From Camelus dromedarius (lineage: Eukaryota), in the NCBI RefSeq assembly GCF_036321535.1, contig NC_087437.1:11286001-11350000 (forward strand): a stretch of DNA of 64,000 nucleotides. The letters are read 5' to 3'. This document shows positions 14,144 through 26,099 of the stretch, piece after piece; position 1 is the first letter of the stretch; each line of letters opens with the position of its first letter. The notes below the pieces were generated by a model that was not told the origin of the DNA, ran no database searches, and worked only from the letters and a program-made list of their open reading frames with translations. The translations under genes were made by a program, and so were the position numbers.

Positions 14144-14853
14144 GTACTAATGAGATCATTTCCTGTTTTAAAAGAGGGGCTGGGTTAGCAAGAAGGAAGG
14201 TCAAGTGTATTAGAAGAGTGGGTATGGGGCAGGGAGCACAAAGGGCACCACAGCTGCCTCTGATTTTGCTTTCAGAGTCAATTTGTGGCACTGGGCTTGC
14301 ACAGAAGCACCCAGGGTTATTTCATGCCCTGCATGTTTGAAAAAATGGGCGTCTTTTCTTTATCTGAGAATCCATTCGGAATGAGGTTCAAGGCTGTGGC
14401 TCTAAAAATGTGGGCTAGCGGCTCTTCAACCTGGTGTCACATGAAGAGAAGGGGCAGTTGCATTTGTCACCAGGAAAACATCACTGTCATTACAAGCTGT
14501 GCTGGTCTCCCCAAAGGTGTCCCTGCAGGCTCGGTAGATATGCACGTCACAGGGTGGGAAGACAAGGAGGTTACTGCCTTCACATGCTTACGATCTAGAC
14601 AAGAGTGGATATAATCAAGTCTCTATGATGAGGAGAACCCCATCCAGACCATGGGAATTATCCATGACACACACATGTAACTATCATGTTGTGTGTGTAT
14701 ATATATACACACGTATGTTCAAGCATATTCCAATTTGAAACAACTCAATATAGAAAAATCTAAACTTTTCAGTTTGAAAGCTGAGGAAGGATTTTTCACA
14801 TTACAAAAAATCAGTTAATTCAGATGTTCTCTAAATATTAAGCTCTTTTAATG

Positions 14854-15077
14854 CAGTGGTTCTCAACTGAGGGTGATTTTTGCCCCCCAAAGGGACACTT
14901 GGCAATATCTGCAGATTACGTTGGTGGTCACAGCCGGGCGAGGGGTGAGGGTTGCATGCCACTGGTGTGTGTGCGTAGTGGCCGGGGTGCTGCTAAACAC
15001 CCCACACAGCACAGGACATCCTGCAACAGAGAATACCTGGCCTCAGAAGTCATTAGTGCCAAGATGGAGGAACTCGG
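14854..15077. mobile_element. MER20 hAT MITE
   Basis: cagtggttctcaactgagggtgatttttgcccccc...gggacacttggcaat...tgctgctaaacaccc...agtgccaagatggaggaac. Confidence 0.8.
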
Positions 15078-15840
15078 TCTAATACACATTATATATGATT
15101 TACTTTCTTCCAAAAAAAAAAGAGGTAATTTACACCAATGATTCAGCACTATTGTATTAAGCAAGGGATACCAGTCTTTGAAGTCAGGTCCAGTTGGGAG
15201 TGGGGCTTTTGTAGTGAATATGGTGCTGGTTAAAATAGAAAAGGCTGATGGGATGGGAGATGAGTTGGTCACCTGAAGGGATGCCGGCTGAGAAAGGCAG
15301 GGCACACACTGGGGTGCGGCTGGCAGTGGGTGGTGGCTGGGAAAAAAGTGTCATTGGTTCCGGGATGGGGCAGAGGGCAGTATGGCAGAGAGAGGAAACT
15401 GGCCGACATTTCTGGAACAGACAGTGTGAGTGGAAGCACAAAACCAGAATCAAAATGGGACTCTCTAGGGTAGCAAAGAGTTGTGGAGTTAGTGTTTGAT
15501 CCAACAGGTCATGAGCTTTGAGGAGGAGCCCTGTGGTGGGTGGAGAGGGCAGGCAAGAACGGAGTGCCTGGAAGAGGAAGACCTTGTGGGTGGGGATCTG
15601 CAGAGAAGAGGACAGGACAGCGTGGCAGGAAGAGTCTGCAGACAAGGGACAGGGCGGGTGGAGCGAACCCTTGAAAGCATGTTCTGGGAGTCTCCTGGAG
15701 ACCTGAGGAAATTCTCTAAAGCAGCTGGTCCAGAGGGCGCTGAGCTGAGCGTGGTACCAAGGACAGCGCATGGAAGGGCAGCAGTCACGGGAGTGGGAAA
15801 GGAAGGATGCTGATCCCGAGTGAGCACTGGCACGTAGTAC

Positions 15841-16235
15841 TGTCGCCAGAGACTAACAGTTTCTTGCCTCACGCAGGAAAGAATTCAAGAGTGAGGTTTA
15901 GTAAAGTGAAAGCAAGTTTATTCAGAGAGATGCACACTCCACGGATCATAGAACGTGGGCCAGCTCACTCAGAAGGGAGAGCGGCTCAGGAGACAGACAC
16001 TCCACAGGCAGAACGCGGGCCATCTCCAAAGGTGAGAGGGAGAGAGACCGAGAGGTGTGGGGGCTTTAGTTTGCAGTAAAAGCAGATCCACACTCCATAG
16101 ACAGAGTGCGGGCCATCTCAGAAGGCAAGAGAGAGTGACCACAAGGTGGGGAGTTGTCAGTTTTTATGGGCTCAGTAATTCCATATACTGAGTAGGAGGA
16201 TTACTCCAACTGTTTTGGGGAAGGGGCAGGGACTC
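15841..16235 (-). mobile_element. Partial ERV LTR (ERV1-like), same orientation as THRB
   Basis: Terminal TGT (minus-strand ...ACA) at 15841, AATAAA on minus at 15922-15917, three internal ~37-bp repeats typical of LTR U3/R. Family not determinable. Confidence 0.6.
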
Positions 16236-16869
16236 TGGGTGCTGAGAGGCACTTGCATTTAACCTTTTGAACAGTCAATGTGTTTTGTATTAAAAAAAAG
16301 TTTCTAAATGGTTCTATTGTTTCCTGGAGTGGTGTTCGCTCTTAATACTATATGGGTGGCAGTGCCCGTTTGAAATCCTAACCTGATATCAGCATCCTTA
16401 CAATTACAGAAGCATTGCAGAAACACCTGCAGTTGCATTAACCTCGTAAGTATTACATTTTAAAAACATGATGCCTGCAACACTGAGTTCTTTGAATGGA
16501 CTGATCAGATATGTGTTTAAATTAAACCAGTTCAAATAGAGAGGAAGACTAGGGGTGGGAGAGAGTGGGGAAGGAAGAGGACGACCTAGGGAGGGAGCCG
16601 AAGAGGGGAAGCCCTCAGGGGAGAGAGACAGAGAAATTGAAACACTGCGATTGTTTCATATTCAAGTTCGTGGTTGGGAGTGATTATGGCAATGGACTCA
16701 TAAAATTTCCCCTTTTTTGTTTCCTTTCCTGCCTTCCTCTCACTGGTCTGAGTGTGATCCTAGGGTTTAAGGATAGTTGTTTCTTGGGTAACATGTTTTT
16801 TTCCCCTGAGCAGACTTTGGAACCTCCCATTCCCAACTCTACTGTATAGCAAACCCTTCTTTAACTTTA

Positions 16870-17580
16870 TTTTTTATTATCGTTTTTTAAATTGAAGTAT
16901 AGTCAGTTATGATGTGTCAACTCCTGGTGTAGAGCATAATGTCCCAGGCATGCATATACATACACATATTGGTTTTCATATTCTTTTTCATTAAAGGTTA
17001 TTACAAGATATTGAATATAGTTCCCTGTGCTCTACGGAAGAAATTTGTATTTTATCTGTTTTTATATATGGTGGTTAACATTTGCAAATCTCCAACTCCC
17101 AAATTTATCCCTTCCCACTCCCTTTTCTCCTGGTAACCATACGATTGTTTACTATGTCTGTGAGTCTGTTTCTGTTTTATAGATGAGTTCATTAGTGTCC
17201 TTCTTTTTTTCCTGGATTCTACATATAAGTGATATCATATGGTATTTTTCTTTCTCTTTTTGGCTTACTTCATGTAGAATAACGACCTCCAGGTCCACCC
17301 ATGTTGCTGCAAATGGCACTATTTTATTCTTTTTAATGGCTGAGTAGTATTCCATTGTATAAATATACCACAATTTATTTATCCAGTCATCTGTCAATGG
17401 ACATTTAAGTTGCTTCTATGTCTTGGCTACTGTAAATAGTGCTGCTATGAACATTGGGGTGCATGCATCTTTTTGAATTAGAGTTCTTTCCAGACATATA
17501 CCCAGAAATGGGATTGTTGGATCATATGGTAAGTCTATTTTTAGTTTTTTGAGGAATCTCCATACTGTTTTCTGTAATGG
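16870..17580 (-). mobile_element. 5'-truncated L1
   Basis: ORF 17152..17397(-) is L1 ORF2 end ([16 protein letters not shown]). Perfect 14-bp TSD CTTCTTTAACTTTA at 16856-16869 and 17581-17594. Confidence 0.93.
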
Positions 17581-18949
17581 CTTCTTTAACTTTAAAATAG
17601 GCCAAGGAAATTCTAATTAGAGATCGTATTTCTTTGGGGCTTAGCTCTTGTTTTTAATCCAATGCTCTTGATGTGGGTCACTTCAAACATCCCCCACTTT
17701 ACCATTTCATTTCCATTTCTAATGTCTACACACTTATTCACATGCAGTCAAGAGAGCTACAGAGTGTGAAAAAAATTTAGATTTAGATTCCTGACAAGAG
17801 ACAGAGGGGGCAGTGAAAGCAGATACAGAAAGGACAGCTCTGTGTGGAGTTTCTGCTTTGGTTATTAGTTTTTCTTTCTGTAATACTAGGAACGTGGCTG
17901 TCGAACAAGCACATGTGCCATCGAAACCCCGAAACTGAACAGGACACACATACCCCATCCTTGATCTTGGCTCAAAACCAGGAAATACTCTCTCTCTTGG
18001 ACATGATAACCAGCTTCGATGCAAGCATACGAGGTTACTTTTTGGACATGCAATTCCTATAAAGATGGTACGGAGGATGTCAAGCAAAGGGTTCTGTTAA
18101 AACAGACCCAGAGACGAACTGGCCAAGCTGCCCGCAGTGCGGCCAGACTCAAGCTGTTTGGGGACTTTGGAATGTAATTGGAATTTCTGGTGGAAACAGC
18201 CAGCATCCCCCGCCAGAAAAAAAAAAAAAAAAAAGAAAAAGATATCAGCTTTTAGCTATGCTGAAATCTCGGCCACAAAGGAGAAGACATAGCACCCTGG
18301 CTGCCAAAGCCCTTCCCCTTGGTCTCATTTCCAAACTGCCTCTCCCCTGACTCCTGAGCTGGGGCCAGGGAGGAAGTGCGGGGCGGAGCCCACTGTGTGG
18401 GTGATTTTAACGTAACAAATCACCGCTTCGCTACTTGAAAGACAAAAAAAATTAGGAGCTCCTATCTTCTGAGTGATTTGCTAGAGTGCTTTTTATTTGT
18501 CCATCACTTTTAAAAATTTAAAAAAAATGTGTTTTCTCGCCTAGTATAAGAAAATTGACAGATATCACATTCTGCATTCCAGCCCCTCTCAATGTGGAAA
18601 TTACACTGCCCCTTCCTCCACCCATTCTTAAAGTCTTTTAAACAAAAGTTTGATTCAAGCAGCTGAATTCTGACTCTGAATTCATGTTCTTAATACTTCA
18701 GGAGCTTGGTAACTTTCCCCCCTCTGGGCTATAAATGTAAAAACATCAGAAAACAACACAAAGAGAATGCAGTCACTCCAAAATCTACTATTAAGATAAC
18801 CAGTCTTGTCACTGGGCTTCGTAGCCTTCCTTTATTTTGTCTCTGTGTACTTCTAACATACTTTTTTTTTTTTAAAACAAGATTACAATCATTCTCTACA
18901 TACTAGGAAACTCCAATTAAAGGCTGGAGAATAAGCCACCCTTAAAAAA

Positions 18950-19830
18950 ATGATGAAAAAGTTAAGACAGCTGCATTATTGAAGAGTTTACAGAGCAGGA
19001 GTGACAGCAGAGGCGCAGATGAAGCAATTATGAATTTCATGAAAATGGATAAAAATCCAATTGGAATAATGAGGCCTGCCCCACTGAACACCTGTTTATA
19101 GTCTTAATTTTGCCTTAAGGAGATATTACTAATGTCCGCCAACAACAACAAAAATCAATGATGGATCAATATGGATAAATGTGTTGGGTACGACCTTTTG
19201 TCCTAAGAGACAGTTAACAGCTGGGTTTAGTTTTACTGGGATTTACTTAAAGACGTGTAACAGTAAATAATGGCGCGTTTAAGAATATTTGCCTGCTTTG
19301 ATTTAGTGAGTTTGGCAGGTGGCAGTGGCCTTTCAATGGCATATGGCTTTGAGAAATTACATCAATATATGCATACAATGTGTCTTAGCCTCCAGTTCAT
19401 GCGTCAAGTTAATTAGGAGAGAATCGCTCGTTTAACATTTTATAAGTAAATATTCTCTAGGGCTGGTGGAAGAAAACGTGGTGAAATGACAAAAGAAAAA
19501 AGAGTAAAAGCTTGCAAAGTTTTGCAAGAATTTTTAAGAATAGCATAATGGCCAAATACAGAGACGGACCAGTATTTTCTTGACATCCTGCAACATTATG
19601 AACGGCATATTTAGGCATGTCCAATGAGGCAATGTTAACTTTTTTTCAAAGGTAAATTACTTGTAAGTATAATATTAAATGAAATAGAAAGCACATATTC
19701 AATCTGTCTGAAACGTTCCCATTAGGGGTCTGATATGGTGTGCCCCTTGTAATAACGAGAAATTCTGATGCTTTTTGAGAGGGTGTGTAGCTCAAGGAAA
19801 ACGCAGATGGACGACTCTGAATATGTTTTA
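18950..19830. promoter_or_regulatory. Candidate TRbeta2 intron control region (enhancer)
   Basis: Repeat-free AT-rich block 1.3-2.2 kb downstream of the beta2 donor. E-boxes CAGCTG 18968, CAGATG 19016, CAGCTG 19218, CATATG 19340 and CAGATG 19804. Onecut-type ATCAAT at 19154, 19165 and 19361. Boundaries inferred. Confidence 0.45.
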
Positions 19831-21114
19831 TGTTGTTGTAATTCCCTTCACATTCCACATGTGAAAGTTACAGACTAGCACAGAAAATACAAACACTGCA
19901 TGTGATCAAAACTAAAAGGGATATTAGTTGTAGTTTGTTTTCTTAGATTTGGTTTAATTGTTTTCAAAACTGGCTACTTTTAATTGTGGCGTCACAGTTA
20001 GAAAAGCCAATGATAATTTTTACAGGAGCCACAAGCAAATAAACCACATTATGTTTCAGGATAATTTCACAGAGAAATTCATCTTTGAAGATCAAAGGGC
20101 ATTGCATTCTTGCGGATTATAGGAACCTATACATTTGGTTTCCTTTGCAATATCCTGTAGACTGTACACAGAAAACAAACAAACAAACAAGCAAAAAACG
20201 AGGTCCTGGCATATTTGCACTAGAATTTAAGCTATTTTCCAAAACATTTCTATCTGGCAGTTGCTTTTAAGTTCTTTGAGTACTTCCTGTTTGCCTCTTT
20301 TATTTTATTTTCTGGTAATACAAGACAGGCTCTACTGATAGAAAATTAACAGCACTGGAAAGCCACAGTGCCCATTAAAATAAATGGCTATTGAACTTGT
20401 TTGAATATTGGATATTTTGAGAGATGTTTCAGTTTCCTTTGCTGTGATTTGCAGACACGTTCAACTTTAGGGACACAATGGCAAGACAAATGCATCAGTT
20501 TCTTTTTGAGTTTTATATTCTTACAGCATGTACAAGCAGCTTCCTTCCAGCGTACGTGGCTACGTAAATATACTAAAAAGAACTTTTACAAATCCCGACA
20601 TATCAGCATTAGTGCACTGGCCAAAAACAAAAAAAAATCGCTAAAATATTTTACCAGTTGGCTACAATAAACTTTTAATATGAAGTGCCAAGAAATGGTC
20701 AGATGAGTTTTTAATCTGAACCCGAGCTGAGGAGAATGATTGCACTGCAAATGCCACCGTGCCTGTCCACCGAGCAGCAGCCTTTGCATGTTTTCTTTAG
20801 CAAAGAAGCTGCCGATCTTCACTTTGGGCAGGTTATATCCACACACGCATACACGCAGACTACCTGGATGTGTCTACACACAGCTTCCAAACCCAAACCA
20901 GCTTGCATCGAGGAAGGAAAAAAGTGCTTGGAAATCCTTGCCGGCCACAGACCCCTTTCAATCACTTAGCAACCTCTCTTTACTTCTATTTTAAATGTCA
21001 AACGTTCAGCCTTCAAAGTCAACGATTTGACGAAGCCCATGCAAACCGCAACTTGAAAACACCACGGAAAGCCACCCGGAAACTTTGACCAAATGGAAGG
21101 AAAATGGTCCCTAC

Positions 21115-21442
21115 CTTTTTTTTGAGAGGACGATGGCGACTGCCCTTGAGAAAAAGTAGGCTTTTCTTCAGGGAAATATTCAGGTTGGCTGTATTGATTC
21201 AGGGCCATGTCCAAGTCAGAGTCCTTGCTTTTCAGCAGGTTTCCAGGGTAACTACAGGTATAAGGCTGATTCACTGCCCAGGCCTGTTCCATATATATGT
21301 TGTTACTGGGCACAGCCTGAGCGGTGCAACCACTGTAACCTGGACTATCTTCGAAATACGCGTAATAATCAGTGGCCTGCATGTAGCAGTTGCTGCCGGC
21401 AGCTGGGTGTACCTCGTACAGTTCTTGCAGGCAGTAGTTCAT
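21115..21442 (-). CDS. THRB: TRbeta2-specific first coding exon: MNYCLQELYEVHPAAGSNCYMQATDYY...EEKPTFSQGQSPSSSQKK(G), 109 codons + 1 nt
   Basis: Within ORF 20966..21556(-). Matches the recalled mammalian TRbeta2 N-terminus. ATG at 21442, donor AAAG|gtaggg at 21115, phase 1, splicing in frame to the exon at 5707. Confidence 0.96.
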
Positions 21443-21819
21443 TTTGCTCCCCTGGTTCAGTTTCTGCTTTACGTACACACGCACGCTATGCATGCATCGC
21501 CGGCCCATACACCCCGGGAGCCGGGCATATGCAGCGAGAAGCGTGCATCCATACACATGAAAGGAGAGGACAGATGAATAAACACCACCAGCAGCACGGC
21601 GACCCAGCCCGCGGTACCCGGGGATGGCACCTGATGTGCTAAAATCCTATTTAGATCGAGGTGTCTTTGGAGCTCTCCTGCCATTCAGACATATCGGAAA
21701 GCAGATTTCTGACTCTCCAAGGTCTTAAGCTGCGAATGCAGCTAATTCCTGGGGAAGAGGGCAGGCAGGTAGGGACGACCTCCGCCCCGGCCCGAGGAGG
21801 GACAGCAAGGAAGTCCCTG

Positions 21820-22070
21820 TTACTCCGAAGCTGGGAAGATTTGTTTTATATGCTGTTTTTTAACCCCTTTCAACATGATTAGAAAATGATTACTCACTGT
21901 TATGTCATTTCAGCTGACAACTTAAGCATGAAACATTATAAAGACATCTCAGAGAATATCCTTGGATACACCGAAAATCCTAAAATCAATAATCTAGTTT
22001 ATTAGCACGGGCCAGAGAAAATCCAGCAGTAACAGGCCTGATGACTGACTCCAGGATATTAATCTAGTTG
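21820..22070 (-). promoter_or_regulatory. TRbeta2 proximal promoter
   Basis: TATAAAA on the minus strand at 21850-21844, about 400 nt upstream of the beta2 ATG. Paired ATGATTA (TAATCAT) homeodomain/POU-type sites at 21875-21881 and 21886-21892, TAATCT at 22060-22065. Region free of recognisable repeats. The TSS position is inferred. Confidence 0.65.
21972..22003. promoter_or_regulatory. Otx2/Onecut composite element, likely ortholog of the cone/horizontal-cell progenitor enhancer ThrbCRM1
   Basis: AAATCC (21975-21980) adjacent to AAATCAATAA (21983-21992), which overlaps TAATCT (21990-21995), about 0.54 kb upstream of the beta2 ATG. Orthology is from recall of the element's architecture, not from an alignment. 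Confidence 0.6.
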
Positions 22071-24287
22071 CACAAATGGTAGAGGTTACATCTGTTGTTG
22101 AATGTCACCGATTGGCTTCTTCTAAAGCAGGATCCGACCATCTTCCTAATGACACACAGGGCCCACAGGTTTTTAAAACACGCCAAGGAACAAAGAGAGA
22201 AAGCAAAAAAACCGGGCCAAGGAAGGCACGTCTGAAAATGCCACTGGTGCTGGCAGGCGAGTTCTCTTCCGCTCCCTTGCACTTGATGATTTGCTACATC
22301 ATTAGCCTAATCGACACGAGACCCTGAGCTTAGCCTCCCTTGGCTCATTCTGTCTTGGTTGTGTTTATAAGCACGAGGGGGAGAGCGTGCCACCCCCTTA
22401 AATAAGAACACCCCTCTGTCCGAGCAGTCCCCGCCTTCTCCTCGAGGTTAACAGCAGTCCTCACAGTAGCCTGTGGGGCACCGTGTACGATTATCATTTT
22501 ATTCCCATTCAAATCTGCTTGTGAGATGATCTCGCGCTTAATTGTGGTTTAAGCAGCATTCACGCGTTTGACATTTAAAGAGAGTGATCCAAGAGGGAAA
22601 AGGAAAATCGCCATGTCTTTTCACTAAGTTCGAGCATAAATATCAAATATCAAGTCAGAGCACGAACGCCTGCTAGGACAGTGACTGACGGGGTTTCCTC
22701 CATGTGGATCAGCTGAGCACATGTGTTCTAGAATGTGATTCAGAAAGGGTGGAGGCTGCTTTCTTTGAAGGTAGAGGTTCTTTCTCTTTCCACTGGAGAC
22801 CCGGTTTGCAGGGCTGGCCTCAGAGCAGGGGCGGGTAACATGTGCATTTGGGTTCCCGCTGGTCCCCAAGTGTGTGACCTGTTGGTATTTCCCTCCTCAG
22901 GGATCACAGACATTGTAATATTGTAATATTCAACAGTGAGACCTCCGCTTTGGACTCAAAGTTCCAGTCAACTGCAATGTGGAATTTTGGGGCAGGGACA
23001 TAGGACCGGAGAAAGGAGGGTATTACAGTCATTCAGCAAACATCTGTGGGGCATCTGGTAAGTACAGAGTAGGGAGGTGGGTGGGAGCAGAGATGGCGAT
23101 TCAAAGGGTCAACCACTGTCCCTGCCCCCGAGTTGCTTCATGGCAGGTGTATTCCATATACAGTCAGGTGGACCATTGCCACGCAAGGGAGCCTGTCAGG
23201 GCTGACGATTTCAGACCTGTAGCAACAGGGCCATCGATTCAAGGGAAGAAGGTTAAGAATTAGAGAACAAGCAACAGATGAGACAAGGTGACGGAGAAAA
23301 ACCCAGGCAGACCCGCTGGACGTTTAGTAATGAGACTCCTTGAAAGACTGCAGTGGAACAACAAAGCAAGTAAGGGAATTTTCTCCACTTTGCTACATCT
23401 GAACCCAGAAAATGAAATGCGCCATCCTAGAAAGCATAAAAGTTACCATGAGGAGTGAAGATCACAGCTCACGTTATAACAGTGTCTTTACTCTCTGGTT
23501 ACTCTTAAAACAAATAAAAGATTTATTCAAAAGTGTTTTTAAGAACACACACACATCACATTACAATTCACATTTTCTCCCTACTGAAAATGTCAAAACA
23601 TTTCATTGGAAGCAATGACTATTTTCTGAAATACCCGGGAAAAAGGATCCAGGCCTTATGTTTTTTTTTGCCTGATCTCATTTATTTATCTCCAATTTCC
23701 CCAAACTAATCTGAAAATTAACCTTTCAATAAAACAGTTTTCTTTCCTGGCAAACACATATGTTCCGAGGTCTCGCTCTCTCGTTAGAAGCTGCGTGTCA
23801 AATCCATCCAATTTTGCAGCTTTGCCCAGTCAGTGCATTTCCTGGCTCCTGATTTCACCGAAGGCACAAATCCAAGCAATTTCTCGCTTTTCACCAGTAA
23901 CAGTATCCACGAAAGCCAGAGTCTTAAGTTCCCTTACAAAGCAACACTTAAAAACAATTCTCTGAAATCTCTAAGCGGGCTGGAAAAGCCAGTGTTACTC
24001 TGTCCCAGACCTGGATCTACACGCTGCCGTGGAGAATGGCCCTTGCAAAATCTTTTCTTCCTCTCAGTTTTCACCAAACCTTTGAAAGACCCGCCGAGAG
24101 CCAGCAGCATTTTTATTGAATTAAACAATCCTGAATTCCCTCAGAAATCTTTGAGTAGGAAAAAAGCTTTGAAACATATGTAAGAGAACCCACTCCTCTG
24201 CTAACTTTTATCTCTTGGGGAAGATAGTACAAACGTTTCTGAAATGCACTCTTTCTTGTACCCATTGGGGATTACTCTTAAAAAAAA

Positions 24288-24621
24288 TTTTTTTTTTAAA
24301 TTGAAGGGTAGTTGATTTACAATGTGTTAGTTTTGGGTGTACAGCAAAGTGACTCAATTATACACATACATATATATATTCTTTTCCATTATAGGTTATT
24401 ACAAGATCTTGCATATAGTTTCCTGTGCTACACAGTAGGTCCTTGTTTATCTATTTTATATACAGCAGTGTGTATCTGTTAATCCCAAATTCTGAATTTA
24501 TCCCTCTCCCCCCACCCCTTTTCCCTTTGGTACCGTTAAGTTCGTTTGCTATGTCTGTGAGTTTATTTTCTGGTTTGTAAATAAATTCATTTGTATCTTT
24601 TTTTTTTTTTTGTAGATTCCC
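24288..24621 (-). mobile_element. L1 3' UTR fragment
   Basis: Same 3' UTR family as 16870-17580 (ttgaag..tagttgatttacaatg...tagattcc). Confidence 0.85.
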
Positions 24622-25464
24622 AAGTGGGGATACTTTTTATAAAGGTGTGAAACTCTCATTACCGTTAGCTGGAAATGAAGTTCAACGCTCACACTGAAGT
24701 TGAAATATAGCCCCTCACACCCTGCCAGAAGCAATCACACGGCTGCCACTGGTGATCGATCTGGCCTGCTTCTTCGTGAAGTCGATAAAGCAATTTAAAC
24801 ATATTCTGGGTCACAAATGAGGTGAGCGTCAGTAAGGCTGTTTTCTTCTTTCCCTGGCTGACTACTCTAATTTGGTTACTTAGAAGACGCTTACGAGTTA
24901 TTTGACCCATAGAGCATCAAACCGCCTGAAATAAACTCAGGAGGGCTTTAACAATTCTCATTAGAAGTGTTTCAATCGATAATCATTTGTTATATAAATA
25001 CACCTCTGTCCACGGCTGCGAGGAAATAACCTAAAAGGGTGAGACTAACAATCTTGTTTTGAAAACCTCGTAGGTAAACAACAAGCTGTCAGTGTCTCTC
25101 AAGGAGGAAAATTGTTTCTCTCTTTTAATCTCTTTTCTTCTGTTTTCAACTGTGTTAATTCTCAAATAAGGCTGCACACTGGAATCACCCATAAACTTTA
25201 AAAACACTGGTGCCAAGAATCGTCCCCATGGGAACACAGGATGACTCCACCTCAGGAGCCGGGGTGGGCTTCCCGGAAGAGGTACCCTGTGAGCTGGCAT
25301 TTAGAGAATACAGAGACTTCAACAGTGGAGGCCAGAGATGGGAGGCAGCTGAGCAGAAACGCCTTCGGGGGAGTGTCATCAGCTATACTTGCAAAAAAGG
25401 TGATTAAGTAAGATAATGAACATTATGCCACTGGTCCCAGACTTCTAGCTTCTACTCTAGTGAT

Positions 25465-25890
25465 GGTTCTTACTCTGCTTTAGTAATAGAACCTCTAAAT
25501 TTTAGTTGGCCCTTGTTTCTTAGTCTCCCTTACACCTGGGTGTGCCTGTGTGACTAACTTCTAGCCAATGAGATGTAATAAAAAGAAATATTGTAAGGCA
25601 GAATCTAAGAAATTTAGAAGACAACTTGAAAAGATGACTGGTGCATACCAATTGCTTCTCCTTCTTTTTTGTTATTTCTTCCTGCTGCCTGCAATGTGTA
25701 TGTGATGGCTGGAGTCCCAGCCACCATTTTGGTCCATGAGGATGAAAGTCATATCTAGAGATGGCAGAAGAATAAACTAGAAGGAGTTTAGGTTGCAGAA
25801 ATCCATAGGATCATCATACTAGCCTTCAGTGCCAACCTCTGAATTGTTTTTTTTTTTTTTCCTCAAGAGAAAGAAATCAACTTGTTATTT
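25465..25890 (+). mobile_element. Ancient ERVL-class LTR (LTR16/LTR33-like)
   Basis: tgtgactaacttctagccaatgagatgtaa, cttcctgctgcctgcaatgtg...gatggctggagtcccagccaccattttgg..catgagga motifs. Confidence 0.6.
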
Positions 25891-25907
25891 AGGTCAGTTT
25901 TTTTGTT

Positions 25908-26010
25908 TGTAAAATAGAAATAACAGTACCCACCTCACTGGTTATTGCAAAGATTGAGTTAAATATAAATAAGTAAAGCACTTAGAACAGTGACTGCATA
26001 GTAAGTGATA
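25908..26010 (+). mobile_element. MIR SINE fragment
   Basis: tgtaaaat...acagtacccacctca...aaagcacttagaacagtg...catagtaagtg. Confidence 0.6.
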
Positions 26011-26099
26011 TAATTATATATACATAGTAATAAGTATTATTGAAGTGCCTTAGTTCTATCTTGGAATATTTCTCTTCTCAGTCTACATTTTCACTAGAT

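Noticed and set aside
14693..14712. 20-bp perfect palindrome GTGTGTATATATATACACAC
   Set aside because: Trivial product of adjacent (GT)n/(AT)n/(AC)n microsatellites.
14928..15872. Cluster of 100-195 aa ORFs on both strands
   Set aside because: Purine/GC-rich low-complexity sequence between MER20 and an LTR. The translations resemble no known protein and no exon structure is evident.
15933..16125. Three spaced ~37-bp repeats superficially resembling a CRISPR-like array
   Set aside because: Mammalian intron. The repeats are degenerate, unevenly spaced and internal to an LTR remnant.
21104..21577. 157-aa antisense ORF over the beta2 exon
   Set aside because: Shadow of the coding strand, with no independent promoter, splice or homology evidence.
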